Assembly: GCF_963921235.1 (NCBI RefSeq)
Contig: NC_086097.1
Coordinates: 168,704,001-168,768,000 of the forward strand
Length of the DNA: 64,000 bases
DNA from: Mobula hypostoma
Lineage: Eukaryota
Reading direction: 5' to 3'
Shown here: one piece after another, positions 24,545 through 37,520 of the stretch
Numbering within the stretch: position 1 is the first letter of the stretch
How the letters are laid out: each line of letters starts with the position of its first letter
Program-made: the position numbers and the translations under genes
Notes under the pieces: model-generated
Seen by the model: only the letters and a program-made list of their open reading frames with translations
Told to the model about the DNA's origin: nothing
Database searches by the model: none

Positions 24545-25256
24545 CCAAAGTTCATAGTACATTAATTATTGAGGTATGTACACATCATACAACCTTGAGA
24601 TTGGTCTCTTTACAGGCAGCCATAAAACAAAGAAACCCCAACAAAATCCCATTAAAAATAATTACCTTCAAACACGCAATACTCAGAAAGAGAAAAACAA
24701 ATCAGGCAAACAATCAAAGTAAGCAAGTAGCTTCAGAACTCGAGTTTTATGAAAGACAAAACCAGGCATCATGGCAGCTAGTGTAAGCAACAGCCATAGC
24801 TCATCCCAAAGCTGAGTAAAAGTTGTGAGATCACAGACCTAAAGCCAGGCATCACTGCAGTTCAGCGTGGAGCTGATTAAACATCGTGGATCAGTGAGCA
24901 AAACTGGCCCTGACACTCTGGCCTGGTGCTTAAATCAACCAAACATCAGGTGATTCATTGCCCTCTGGGACCTGGACTCCATCGCCATGATCCAGCCCGG
25001 CACCTAAATCGATCGGACACCACGACTCCTGCCTTGATTCTGCTTTGATCCCGACTCATTGGCTACAACCAGGCCTTCCCTGCGCCTCCACTCATCTCCA
25101 CTTGCCACAACCATGCCTCACCTTGACCACTTTGCTCCTCTCCCCATTGTTAGTGTTAATTGTTATTAATAAGGTATATAGTTGTTTCCTTTATTTTGTT
25201 TTTTGCCACTTGTAAGTAGTCGCTGGGCATCACCAGCACCATCTTAAACTGGAAGT
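24545..25256 (-). mobile_element. Non-coding Rex-like short element
   Basis: Minus-strand 5' end CTTCCAGTTTAAGATGG and a Rex-type 3' UTR, with no ORF between. Confidence 0.5.
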
Positions 25257-26455
25257 TTAACAGGTTTAGAAAGCAATGCAGGCAAACAGAATTAGTGTGG
25301 CTGGCACAAGGGCTGGATTGGATGTGATGGGGTGAAGGACCTGCTTCAGTGCTTGATCACTCTATGACTAATAGCAGTCATTGTTCTCCATTCTTTAGCC
25401 CCTGCATTTCCACCGCTATAACACAGACTTGAATACCCAATGAAAAAATTATTAAATGATGGAAACGATTTTCAAAATAGAAACCTTGCTGGTTGAAACT
25501 GCCCTGAGCTTGTGGAAGGAACTAGATGAATGTAATTTTAAGGAAAGAGCACACTACTTTCTGCATTCTCTCATGAGTATTCATCCTTTCTCATTTATTC
25601 CTTCTGAGGGTGTGAGCATTTCACTCCTTAACCAGCCCAGGTTTCCATCAATCACCCTCATGAACTTCATCTTATGAAAATCTCCCAGAGCTGAACGGGC
25701 AACTTCCCAAGATCTTGATCCAGTAGCAATGAAGGAATCATGCTGTATTTTGGTCAGGATGGTGTATCTGACCAAAACAGTTAATGCATTGGCCCACATT
25801 ACTGATGCAAGTTTTTCTTTCACAATTTTCAAATCGATTCAATTACTTTAATGCCACATTTGGAACTTGTGTCCAGGGATCAATAGTCTAGGTCTCTGCA
25901 TAACTTAATCACCATGCCAGTGTACCCTTTATTGATGACAGTTTGTCTGTGGGATCAGAAACTTGTCTTTGGGCCAAATAGGACACAGATGTTTCCCAGC
26001 TGACTGATCCAATGGGAAAGTGTAGCTGAGGAGCATTGGAGCAACTAGGGCTGTTTGCTGGAATTGTGCTATGAAAACCATCTGCGAACAGAGGGTTTGG
26101 AAAAGGGACTGTTAATGTGAAATGAGGTTTGGTGAGTGGGGACAGAAGACACTTGCTGCTGGTAAGTAGGTTAACTATTTATTTACAGTGCTATTGCCAA
26201 CTGAATCCTCCAAATTTTCATTTTCATTGTAACATTCAAGATGTCTTTCGATCCCTTCAGATTCTTTGTAATTCCTAACTTGTTGTAGTGAAATCGTTTC
26301 ATTTTCACTCCTGCCCGTTTCTGGTATCTTCAACAGTTCTGAATTCTTTTACTGCTTATTTCTTGCCAACTATTAGTGACAAAAATCACTGCTATTTGAA
26401 CACAAACATATGCAACTATTTAAAAACTGTGCACACTAAGCACAGTGTAGTGTCT

Positions 26456-27730
26456 GTCGTTGTTGTTCGTCCTTCGTAGTCGAAGATGACCATGGCTTCA
26501 AAGTCAAATGGGAGATTGGTGGCTGTGGGTCCGGAGGTGACTGATGAGGCCAATCCGGGCCCTGAAGGCTCGCCCACATGTGGGACACAAGTGGGTGGGT
26601 GCTGTCGTGGCAGTGGATGCTGCTCGGGCCTTGCGCACAGCACGCTTTCGTTGCGCCTCGATGATGCGCCTGACTGCAGCTGCACGGGCTCCTGTGGTGA
26701 TCTTGCTGCGCCAAGCTGGACGGTCGAGGGCAGGCGTCTCCCACGTGTTGATGTCGACACCCAGTCCTTTGCGGGACACTTTCAGGCAGTCTTTGTAACG
26801 TTTCTTCTGCCCCCCCGACTGAGCGCTTGCCCTGACACAGTTCTCCGTACAGCAGCTGCTTAGGCAATCGGCTGTCTGGCATTCTGACCACATGTCCAGC
26901 CCACCTGGCTTGGGCTTTCAGCAGGAGGGTGTAGATGCTGCAGAGCCCAGCTCGTTCCAGGATTTCCGTGTCGGGGACTTTGTCCTGCCACCTGATGTGG
27001 AGGAGTCTGCGGAGACAGCTCAGGTGAAAGTGGTTGAGCTGTTTGGTGTGTCTGCTGTAGACAGTCCAGGTCTCGCTGGCGTAAAGGAGGGTGGTAAGGA
27101 CCACTGCACAGTAGACCTTCAGCTTGGTGGTAAGGTTGAGTCCTCTCCGCTCCCAGACGTTCTCACGGAGTCCCCCAAAGGCGACGCTGGCTTTGGCAAT
27201 CCTGTTGTTGACCTCAGCGTCTATGTTCACTGCGCGAGAGAGTATGCTGCCCAGGTAGGTGAAGTTGTCGGCTGCCTGGAGGTTCTGGCCCTTCACCGTG
27301 ATGCGTGGCTCCTGGTATGGCTTTCCTGGGGCAGGCTGGTACATAACTTCGGTCTTTTTGGTGCTGATAGTGAGATCGAAGTTGTCGCAGGCTTGTGAGA
27401 AGCAGTCTATTTCACGCTGCATCTCCTGCTCTGTGCTGGCGTTGAGTGTGCAGTCATCAGCAAACAACAAGTCTCTGATGACAGTCTCTCGCACCTTTGT
27501 AACTGCCTGCAGGCGCCTAAGGTTGAACAACCTGCCATCAGTCCTGTATCTGACGTGGATTCCTTCTTCGTAGTTATGAAAGGCATCTGTCAGCATGGCA
27601 GAGAATACCATACTGAACAGAGTCGGGGCAAGAACGCAGCCTTGTTTGATGCCATTTGTCACTGGGAAGGCCTCCGACTCGTCGCCGTCATCCAGAACTT
27701 TCACCATCATACCGTCGTGGAACTGCCAGA
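26456..27730 (-). mobile_element. Young 5'-truncated RTE-clade LINE
   Basis: GIKQGCVLAPTLF, LLFADD and C-terminal CPTCGRAFRARIGLISHLRTH; (CAA)n tail; 9-bp TSD GTAGTGTCT (26447-26455 and 27731-27739); single +1 frameshift in the C7 run at 26810-26816. Confidence 0.93.
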
Positions 27731-28106
27731 GTAGTGTCTAACGGCCACACAACTGCACACGTCTGATGCAAGTTAGAAACTGTTCCAAACAGTCTTCTGC
27801 CCCAAATAGATGAAGGGAATCCTGGCTATTTTCTTATTGGTTTTTGTTCTTTAAGAGTTGGCCGAAATAAATGGCTACCCCGATCAACTAATATCCCAAT
27901 TAAGTGGAATGCATTGTATGCTCAAAATTACAGATAAGACAAAAATTCATTCTTGCATTTGTCTTTACTCCCAAAGCTTCATGAATAAACTGAAAAAATA
28001 CTTGGAACAAACATGTAATATCCAATAAACACATTCCAAAGTATAAAAAGAAAAAAAAATGGATGGATGGGGCCTCCACACTCACACAATTTCTTAAAGA
28101 AACTAA

Positions 28107-29125
28107 CTGCATGGAGGTCGGTCACTGGCGGAGTGCCTCAGGGATCTGTCCTGGGACCCTTACTCTTCGTGATTTTTATAAATGACCTGGATGAGGAAGT
28201 GGAGGGATGGGTTAGTAAGTTTGCTGATGACACAAAGGTTGGAAGTGTTGTGGATAGTGTGGAGGGCTGTCAGAGGTTACAGCGGGACATTGATAGGATG
28301 CAAAACTGGGCTGAGAAGTGGCAAATGGAGTTCAACCCAGATAGGTGTGAAGTGGTTCATTTTGGTAGGTCAAATATGATGGCAGAATATAGTATTAATG
28401 GCAAGACTCTTAGCAGTGTGGAGGATCAGAGGGATCTTGGGGTCCGAGTCCATAGGATGCTTAAAGCAGCTGCGCAGGTTGTCTCTGTGGTTAAGAAGGC
28501 ATACAGTGCATTGGCCTTCATCAATCGTGGAATTGAATTTAGGAGCCGAGAGGTAATGTTGCAGTTATATAGGACCCTGGTCAGACCCCACTTGGAGTAC
28601 TGTGCTCAGTTCTGGTCGCCTCACTACGGGAAGGATGTGGAAGCCATAGAAAGGGTGCAGAGGAGGTTTACAAGGATGTTGCCTGGATTGAGGAGCATGC
28701 CTTATGAGAATAGGTTGAGTGAACTCGACCTTTTCTCCTTGGAGCGACGGAGGATAAGAGGTGACCTGATAGAGGTGTATAAGCCGATGAGAGGCATTGA
28801 TGGTGTGGATAGTCAGAGGCTTTTTCCTAGGGCTGAAATGGTTACCACAAGAGGACACAGGTTTAAGGTGCTGGGGAGTAGGTACAGAGGAGATGTCAGG
28901 GGTAAGTTTTTTACTCAGAGAGTAGTGAGTGTGTGGAATGGGCTGCTGGCAATGGTGGTAGAGGCGGAAATGATAGGTCTTTTAAGAGACCTTTGGATAG
29001 GTACATGGAGCTTAGAAAGATAGAGGGCTATGGGTAACCTTAGTAATTTCTAAGGTAGGGACATGTTCGGCACAACTTTGTGGGCCGAAGGGCCTGTATT
29101 GTGCTGTAGCTTTTCTATGTTTCTA
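28107..29125 (+). mobile_element. 5'-truncated CR1
   Basis: GVPQGSVLGP, KFADDTK and RPHLEYCAQFWSP; same family and tail as 17776-23140. Confidence 0.92.
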
Positions 29126-30564
29126 ACTCTTAAGATAAGACATCCTGCAAATTTATTTCACATCAAGGAACACAATCTTCCATTTGGATGAATTCAAAAG
29201 CACCTCCGAAACAGATTTACCAAACACATGACAGGCTTTGCACTCACTCACCCTCTTACTCAAGTGAACTCCTATGTGGCCACACCTCAACCAAGATTTT
29301 TCAAACACAAACCATTCATACTTTAAAATGAGGGATGCACAGGGTGAATGACCTCCCCCAGCAGGGGTAGGGTGGGAAATCACCAACCACTGTCTGACCC
29401 CTACTGCCACTGAGGGTCTGGGACTGCCTGTCATGCTCCTTAAACAGGCCAAACCCTAGGTAGCATGGGGGAGATGCTTTCGATGAACAAGATGGATGGA
29501 CACTTACTACATCTTACCCAATCATCTTTTAAAAGTATATACAAATTAACATCAGGATTAGGTCCCCTGGCTCCCCAAGCCTGCTTCACCATTTACTAAT
29601 AAAATAGTTGATCCAACTGTAACCTCAACTCTGCATCCCCAACTACCCACAGCAGCCCTTCACCCTCTTCTTTGGTATCTACCCACAGCTCCCTTAAGAA
29701 TATTCAAAGACTGCTTTTCACCATCCTTTGAGGAAGCAAATTCCAAAGTATCATGACACTTGAAAGTTTTTCCAAATCAGTCTTAAAGAGGAAACTTGTT
29801 ACTTTTAAATGGTTACTTCTAATTCTAGTTCCTTTCACAAGATGGAACATTCTCTCCGCACACTCCCTGTCAAGAAACTCAAGATCCTATTTGCTTCTAT
29901 CAACTCTTGCACCCTTCTCTCATAAGACAGCCTGCTGTCAATCCTGATGGAATTGGTGCCAATGTACTACATCTCGTCTTTGTGCTTGGCTGTGTAGCAG
30001 ATTCCAGAGTATCAGGAAGTCTGTAGGATTTCAGAAGACATGTTGACCTGACCGCCAATGAACATTACAGTTGTTTACTGTCTACTATGTCAGATTCAGA
30101 TTATGGTTTGAGAATGTTATTTAACATACTCTTCTGTGAAAGTGAATCATTTGAATGCTGCACCAGCTTGCCAGCCAAACTATCACTGCTACTTGTATCT
30201 ATGGGGATAAGGAATATGCAGATATGTTTAAATCTTTGCTTCCACGTGTTCTCACTATTTCTGTTCTTCATTACAATTTCCTTTGGATTTATGCTTTCCT
30301 ACGTTTCCTAATTTTAAAATTTTGTATCATAGAATTGTTCCAACATAAAGGGGGATCAACAGGCCCATCCCATCAGTCTCATTACCCTATTCTCTCCACC
30401 AAAGCCCCACAAGTTATTTCCACTGGAAGTGTCTATCCAGTTCCCTTTTTAATGTACCGATTGTTGTTTTGAGTTCCACCACCCTTACAGACAAAGCAAT
30501 TCCAGAATCTATCTACATAGTGTTTTCCTATTACCCAAAATTTGAAGTCCTCAATGGAAGCAGC

Positions 30565-31271
30565 ACAAAGCCCAAGAAGACATTGTACTTTTGAAGACAC
30601 TTCAACTGCGAGTCTGTTGGGGTCATATATTGTGTCTGGTGCTTCCAGTGTGGCCTCCTGTATATTGGTGAGACGATGTAGATTGGGAGACCACTTCACC
30701 AAGCACCTACATTCGTCCGCCAGAAGAAGCAGGATCTCCCAGTGTCCACTCACTTCCCATTTCCACTGCAGTATGTCAATCCATGGTCAGTCCTCTACTG
30801 TTGCCATGAGGCCACACTCAGGTTGGAGGAACAACACCTTATATTCCGTCTGGGTAGCCTCCAATCGATGGCATGAACATCGATTTCTCGAACTTCCGCT
30901 AATGCCCCCCACCCTCTTCACCATTCCTTGTTCCCTTTTCTCTCTCTCTCTCTCACCTTATCTCCTTGCCTGCCCACTGCCTCCCTCTGGTACTCCTCCC
31001 CCTTTTATTTCTCCCATGGCCTTCTGTTCTCTCCTATCAGATTCCCCCTTCTCCAGCCCTGTATCTTTCACCAATCAACTTCCCAGCTCTTTACTTCACT
31101 CCTCCCCTCCCCTTTTCACCCATCACCTGTTATTCCCCCTCCCCTCCCCCACCTTTTAAATCAACTCATCTTTTTTTCTCCAGTCCTGCTGAAGAGTCTC
31201 GGCCCGAAACGTTGACTATACTCTTTTCCATAGATGCTGAGTGCTGAGTTCCTCCAGCATTTTGTGTGTGG
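30565..31271 (+). mobile_element. Degenerate Penelope-like 3' fragment
   Basis: GIY-YIG remnant (LYIGETRCRLGDHF..HL); hammerhead motif at 31181-31218 with CTGCTGA. Confidence 0.85.
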
Positions 31272-31345
31272 TACTTTCGAAGATTAAGTTGTTTGATTGA
31301 AATATTAACTGAAGGATAGGGGCATGTAAAAGATCTAAAGGCTCA

Positions 31346-32700
31346 TTTCCAACACCTCCCTCCCCTTTCTAGATCTTTCTGTCTGTATCTCTGGAGACAG
31401 CTTATCTACTGATGTCTACTATAAGCCTACTGACTCTCACAGCTATCTGGACTATTCCTCTTCTCACCCTGTCTCTTGCAAAAACGCCATCCCCTTCTCG
31501 CAATTCCTCTGTCTCCGCCGCATCTGCTCTCAGGATGAGGCTTTTCATTCCAGAACGAGGGAGATGTCCTCCTTTTTTAAAGAAAGGGGCTTCCCTTCCT
31601 CCACCATCAACTCTGCTCTCAAACGTATCTTCCCCATTTCATGCACATCTGCTCTCACTCCATTCTCCCGTCACCCCACTAGGAATAGGGTTCCCCTGGT
31701 CCTCACCTACCACCCCACCAGCCTCCGGGTCCAACATATTATTCTCTGTAACTTCCGCCACCTCCAACGGGATCCCACCACTAAGCACATCTTTCCCTCC
31801 CTCCCCTCTCTGCTTTCCACAGGGATCGCTCCCTACGCGACTCCCTTGTCCATTTGTCCCCCCCATCCCTCCCCACTGATCTCCCTCCTGGCACTTATCC
31901 GTGTAAGCGGAACAAGTGCTACACATGCCCTTACACTTCCTCCCTCACCACCATTCAGGGCCCCAGACAGTCCTTCCAGGTGAGGCGACACTTCACCTGT
32001 GAGTCGGCTGGGGTGATATACTGCGTCCGGTGCTCCCGATGTGGCCTTCTATATATTGGCGAGACCCGACGCATACTGGGAGATCGTTTTGCTGAACACC
32101 TACGCTCTGTCCGCCAGAGAAAACAGGATCTCCCAGTGGCCACACATTTTAATTCCACATCCCATTCCCATTCTGATATGTCTATCCATGGCCTCCTCTA
32201 CTGTAAAGATGAAGTCACACTCAGGTTGGAGGAGCAACACCTTATATTCCGTCTGGGTAGCCTCCAACCTGATGGCGTGAACATTGACTTCTCTAACTTC
32301 CGCTAATGCCCCACCTCCCCCTCATACCCCATCCGTTATTTATTTATATACACACCTTCTTTCTCTCTCTCTCCTTTTTCTCCCTCTGTCCCTCTCACTA
32401 TACCCCTTGCCCATCCTCTGGGTTCCCCCTCTCCCCCTTTTTCTTCTCCCTGGGCCTCCTGTCCCATGATCCTCTAATATCCCTTTTGCCAATCACCTGT
32501 CCAGCTCTTGGCTCCATCCCTCCCCCTCCTGTCTTCTATCATTTTGGATCTCCCCCTCCCCCTCCCACTTTCAAATCTCTTACTAGCTCTTCCTTCAGTT
32601 AGTCCTGACGAAGGGTCTTGGCCCGAAACGTCGACTGTACCTCTTCCTAGAGATGCTGCCTGGCCTGCTGCGTTCACCAGCAACTTTGATGTGTGTTGTT
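31346..32700 (+). mobile_element. Young Penelope-like element (RT C-terminus, Cys linker, GIY-YIG, hammerhead tail)
   Basis: CKRNKCYTC...GVIYCVRCSRCGLLYIGETRRILGDRFAEH...VATHFN...EQHLIFRL..LQPDGVN; near-TSD TAAAGGCTCA (31336-31345) / TAGAGGCTCA (32701-32710). Confidence 0.93.
32601..32636 (+). ncRNA. Minimal type I hammerhead ribozyme, intact core
   Basis: AGTC-CTGACGA-A-GGG-TCTTGG-CCC-GAAA-C-GTC-GACT: stem I AGTC/GACT, stem II GGG/CCC, vestigial palindromic stem III (ACGT); predicted cleavage after 32632. Confidence 0.8.
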
Positions 32701-32879
32701 TAGAGGCTCAAATGTTGACCCTAGTTCAGGCCAGAATTTCTCCCTCAAGCCACACTTACAAAAGCACATTTTCTAGTCATTATCACCTAAATAAGTGCAT
32801 ACATTTTCTGAAAAATTTCCTACATTACCACTGGTGGCGCTCGGTTTCTTTCAGGATTGTGCCTCTGGACCTGTGGAGT

Positions 32880-35800
32880 GGCATCAGGTTTGGATGGCGT
32901 CTTGTCAAAGACAATGTTCTTGGTTGCTGGTGTCACGATCATCACTGAGAGGCAAGTCCGGTGGTCGTAATGTGTCTATCTTGTCTCAGGTGTGTTCTTT
33001 GGCTGGGCATCCAGTATATGATTTAAATGGCATCTCCATGTATGCTCTCCAACATCCACTGTGTAAATCAGTGGTCCAGTTTTTGTAGCTATCCTACCAG
33101 GTGTCCACTTGTCTTCTCAGTAATCATGCGCTAGGACTTCCTGTTCTTGGCAGGTGTTTGATTTATCGTTTCATGAACAGAGTTCCAATACACAAAAAGG
33201 AAATTGTCCACCTTGTGCTGTAGAGAAGTCACCTCCTTGTCCATAGCTTTTATGCACTTATTGAATGCTTGGATGAACCTTTTAGCTAACCCATTCACGT
33301 CTGGGTGGCAAGGAACTAACTTGAAATATCTGATACCATTTTTCTTCATGAATATGCTGAATTCTTCTGATGTGTACTCTGGTCCATTGGCACTCAAAGG
33401 TAAGCCGTTCCTGGTGAAGATCGTCCTCAGAGTGGAAACAGTCTTTTCTGAGATGGTTGACTTCATTGGTATGATCTCCGGCCACTTCAAATGAGCAGTC
33501 ACAGCAATCAAAAACATGGAGTTCATGGATGGTCCAGCAAAGTCAATATGTACTCTCTGCCATAGTGATGATGGCCACTCCCATGGGTGTAACAGTGCCT
33601 CTCGGGGTGCATTTTGAACTTCTTGGCATCCCAAATACCTCTACGCCAAGCTTTCAATCTGTTTAATTATTCCTGGTGAGACTCTTCATCATGTCTGTAT
33701 CCAAGTGTCCTTCATGCAGATTTTCTAACACTCTGTTGTGCAGCTTAGAGGCAACCACAATACCAGATCCAAAGATCAGCGTTCTTTGACATACTGACAG
33801 TTGTCTCGTTTCACTGAGAACTCTGGAAACATAGGTTACCTTGATTTCGCCATCCTTGCTTGGTGAATGTCATAGACTTTTGACAATGTCAGGTCATTCC
33901 CTGTTTCTCTTTGTATTTATTACCGGCAACTATTCCACTGTGGAAGACACGACAAGCCATCAGCATTGCTGTGTTGTTAGGTGCCCTTGAACTCTATGTC
34001 ATAAGAGTGGGTTCACATCGCAGCTGGGTAGCAGACATCATTAGAATTTCCTTCCTGAGATTGAAAATGAACACAAGGGGCTGCTGAACTGTCACCTGCA
34101 TAAACCTTTGTCCGTAGGGGTTGTGGTGGAACTTCTTTATTCTCATACTAGACTAAAGGCCTCTCAATCAATCTGTGCGTAGTTGAATTCTGCCCTCATT
34201 AGTGATCTTGAAGCAAATACAATCGGATGTTCAGATCCATCTTTTGACAAAACAGTTCAGATGCCATTAGGGGACACATTGCACATAAGTCTGATGGGCA
34301 GTGATGGGTTATAATGGGTGAGCAGTACATCTGATGTTATTAGTCTCTTTTGTTTCCTTGAACATTCTATCACATCTTTCTGACCACTTCCCACTTAGCT
34401 CCTGTCTGTAATAGTGTGTTCAATAGGTGCAGCACGCTAGCAATGATTGAGAGAAACCGATGGTAGTAGTTTACAAGGCCCAAGTATGACCTGAGTCGTG
34501 ACACATTTTCTGGTTTGGGTGCCTGTAGTACTGCTTCAATCTTCTCTTGTGACTTATTGTGACATGTCCGCAATATTCATTCTTGAAAACCCACATTTCT
34601 CTCTCTTTACACACAGACCATACTCACTCAGCTGGTAAGCACTTTACCAAGAGTTCTGGAGGTGCTCTTCACCATTCTTGCCAGTCATGATGATGTCATC
34701 AAGATAACATTGTGTTCCTGGGACATCTTGGAACACTTGGTCCATTGTTCTTTACCAAATTGTTGGAGCTGTTGCGATGCCAAAGACAAGATCGTTATAC
34801 TGAAACACTCCCTTGTGAGTGTTGATTGTGAGGAACTTCCTGCTTGACTCCTCGATCTCTATTTACGGATAGGCTTGTGACAAGTCAATCTTTGAAAATC
34901 TCTCCCTGCCTGCCAAAGGTGCAAAAATGTCTTCTATTCATGGCAAGGGACACTGCACAGTACGCAGCACCGGGCTGATGCTTTGCTTTGAAATCCCCAC
35001 ATATGCGAACAGTTCCAGCCTTCCAGTTCTTGATGACTGGGACAAAGGGGGTGGTCCAATTACTCTATTCAACCTTGGAGAGAATTCCAGACACCTCCAA
35101 GCTCTGAAGTTCAGCATCCACTTAAGGGCGTAATGTGCGTAAGGCACTGGACGTGCTTTATGGAATCTTGGTGTCTCTGCTTCATCCCCTTCAATTCTGA
35201 CCTTCATGCTTTGAGTTTGAGTTTACCAATACCTTTCTCAAACACCTTCTGATCAGCATTAAGCAACTGTGACCGTCTCTGGTTAGTGCTACCATTTGGG
35301 CTGCAGTTGCCTGTTGATGACACATCGAGAGCTTTGATTGTGTGTCAGTCGAGTTGGATTTTTCTCAACCATTCACATCCAAAAAGTGCTGGCCCTCCAC
35401 TTTTCGACAAAAATCTCTAACTGTTGTGTTTGGCCTCCATATATATCACATTCATTTTCAGTTTGCCTTGGGAGACACTTTTTTTGCTAGTGTAGGTCTT
35501 TAGCATTACTGAGGTCTTCTCTAATGGGTGCTTAGAAAACAGTCTGTTATAGTCAGCCTCTGAAATGATAGACAAAGCTGACCCAGCTATTACCAGCAGA
35601 TTAGGGCACAAGTGATCTCGTAAAATTGTAACAATTTCATTGAACACCTCGCTAGCTGGCTTTTCAGCAGTTACAAGGTTGCATAAGAGACTGTGTGGTC
35701 TAGCATCCATTAAGCTAAGAAGCATAGAGGCCTTTTATTGCTCATCCACATTGTTTGCCTTACAATACAGTTCAACCCTCTTGATATACGATTCCCCATC

Positions 35801-36170
35801 TTCATCAGCACTATCGAATTCGTCATCTTTCTCGACTGAAGCCATTGCCACATTATTTTCACTTTAATTTCTTTCAGTGTACTATACAGTTACTCACGTG
35901 CCCCTTTGTTAGCATCTGTGACGGCTTTCTTCATACTGTTTAACTCTTTCCTCTCGCTGTCTCGTCCCTAAACTGTTGGTGCAGTTCAAGATAATCTCCC
36001 ACATTCAGGTTCATACTCTTTGCCAATTTGTTGCATCTGTGCAATTACATATCGATTAAATTAAGGCAAGCACGTGGGAGATGGCAATAACTGGTGTATT
36101 CACATTGCAGTGAGAGAGAGGGAGAGCAAGACAACAGATCAATCTGCATGTGCAGACAATCATATCAGTC
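32880..36170 (-). mobile_element. Degenerate Gypsy LTR retrotransposon (gag, protease, RT, RNase H, integrase)
   Basis: Integrase LHPWEWP..WQRVHIDFAGP; LRSYLGLVNYYHRF; PRFHKARPVPYA; gag start FD..DE..ESYIKRVE.YCKAN; PBS-like TGGCAAAGAG at 36025-36016. Confidence 0.88.
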
Positions 36171-36784
36171 TCAGGAATTCCACAGGATAGTACCTTAGGC
36201 CCAAACATCTCCAGCTGCATCAAGGTCAAACTCAAAGTCAAATGTGAGTTTATTGTTGTTTGTAGAAGTACATGTATGCATAGGTTCAATGATAAACTTG
36301 CAGCTGCATCATGGGCACATATCATAAAAGCACCATTCACAAGAAAAACATTAATAAATAAATTATATACAAATGTTACAAGAAACAAAGCAAGCAGAAC
36401 AAAAAATAGCCCATTTTAGTGCAAAGTGATCCTAGTGTTGTAAACTGTTGTGATTGGAGTTTTGCCATTTGGTTCAAGAATGGTTGAAGGAAAATCAAAA
36501 TGTGAATCAGAATTAGGTTTATTAAATTTCATGACTTGTGTCATGAAATTTGTTGTTTTGTAACAGCATTAGAGTGCAAGGTATAAAGATTATCAGTCAC
36601 TATGATAAATAAATAGCGCAAAAGAGGAATAGTGAGCTTGTGTTCATGGGCCATACAAAAATCTGATTGCACAGGGAAAGCAGCTGTTCCTAAAATGCTG
36701 CTTGTGATTCTTTAGGTTCCTGTACCTTCTCCCTGATAGTAGTAATGAGTAGATGGCATATGCTGGAGCATGGAGATCTTTGAT

Positions 36785-37060
36785 GATTTATTTATTTAGA
36801 GATACAGCACCGAATAGTTCCTTCCGGCCCTTCAAGCAACACTGCCCAGCAACCCCCAACAAACCCAATTTAACCCTAATCTAATCACGGGACAATTTAC
36901 AATGACCAATTGTACGTGTTTGGACTTTGGGAGGAAACCAGATGATTCAGAGAAAACCCATGCATTCCACAGGGAGTACAAAGGATGCTGGGATTGAACT
37001 CAGAACTCCGACACCCAAGCTGTGATAGGATCACTCTAACCGCTATGCTACCGTGGGCCC
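36785..37060 (-). mobile_element. V-SINE (HE1-like), near full length
   Basis: tRNA head CACGGTAGCATAGCGGTTAG...GAGTTCAATCCC; V domain TGCATGGGTTTTCTC..TGGTTTCCTCCCAAAGTCCAAA; (TAAA)n tail. Confidence 0.85.
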
Positions 37061-37139
37061 CATGTTAGCGTACTGGTTATCGTGATGCTATTATCGTCCA
37101 TGATGATACCTTCTCAGTGCAGCACCTCCTGTAGAAACT

Positions 37140-37520
37140 GCAGGAAGCACACTGCTTGATTGGTATCTGTCAATCACCCTAAAAATTCATTCCCTCCAAC
37201 ATAGTGGCTACAGAACGTACTAATTACAAAACATACTACAATTACTTGCCCAGGCAACTCTAAAAGCACCTTCCAAACCAGCTGCAACTACTACTAAGGA
37301 CAAAGGCAACAGGCACATGGCACACAACCAACTGCAGCTTTTTCTTCACTATTCTAATCATCCATCCTTCATTGGCACTGAATCTAAATCCTGGATTTCT
37401 GTACCTAACAGCACTGTGTGAATTCCTTCATCTGGAGGGCTGCAGCAGTTCAAAGGTCAGTTTATCACTACCTACTTGCCTTGACAGCGATACCACATCC
37501 AAGAAAATCAATTTAAAAAG
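37140..37520 (+). mobile_element. Old LINE 3' remnant
   Basis: Tail aatcctgg..cctaacagcactgtg..ctgcagcagttcaa..gccttgacagcgataccacatcc, recalled as typical of an old shark CR1/L2 family. Confidence 0.5.

Noticed and set aside
26892..27398. 168-aa plus-strand ORF and neighbours
   Set aside because: Antisense shadows of the GC-rich RTE ORF.
32306..32602. Pro/Ser/Leu-rich ORFs (also 6292-6728, 30928-31247, 41555-41956)
   Set aside because: Stop-poor translations of the pyrimidine-rich Penelope 3' UTR.
36990..37095. tRNA gene
   Set aside because: The A/B boxes belong to a SINE head followed by V domain and tail; no full cloverleaf.
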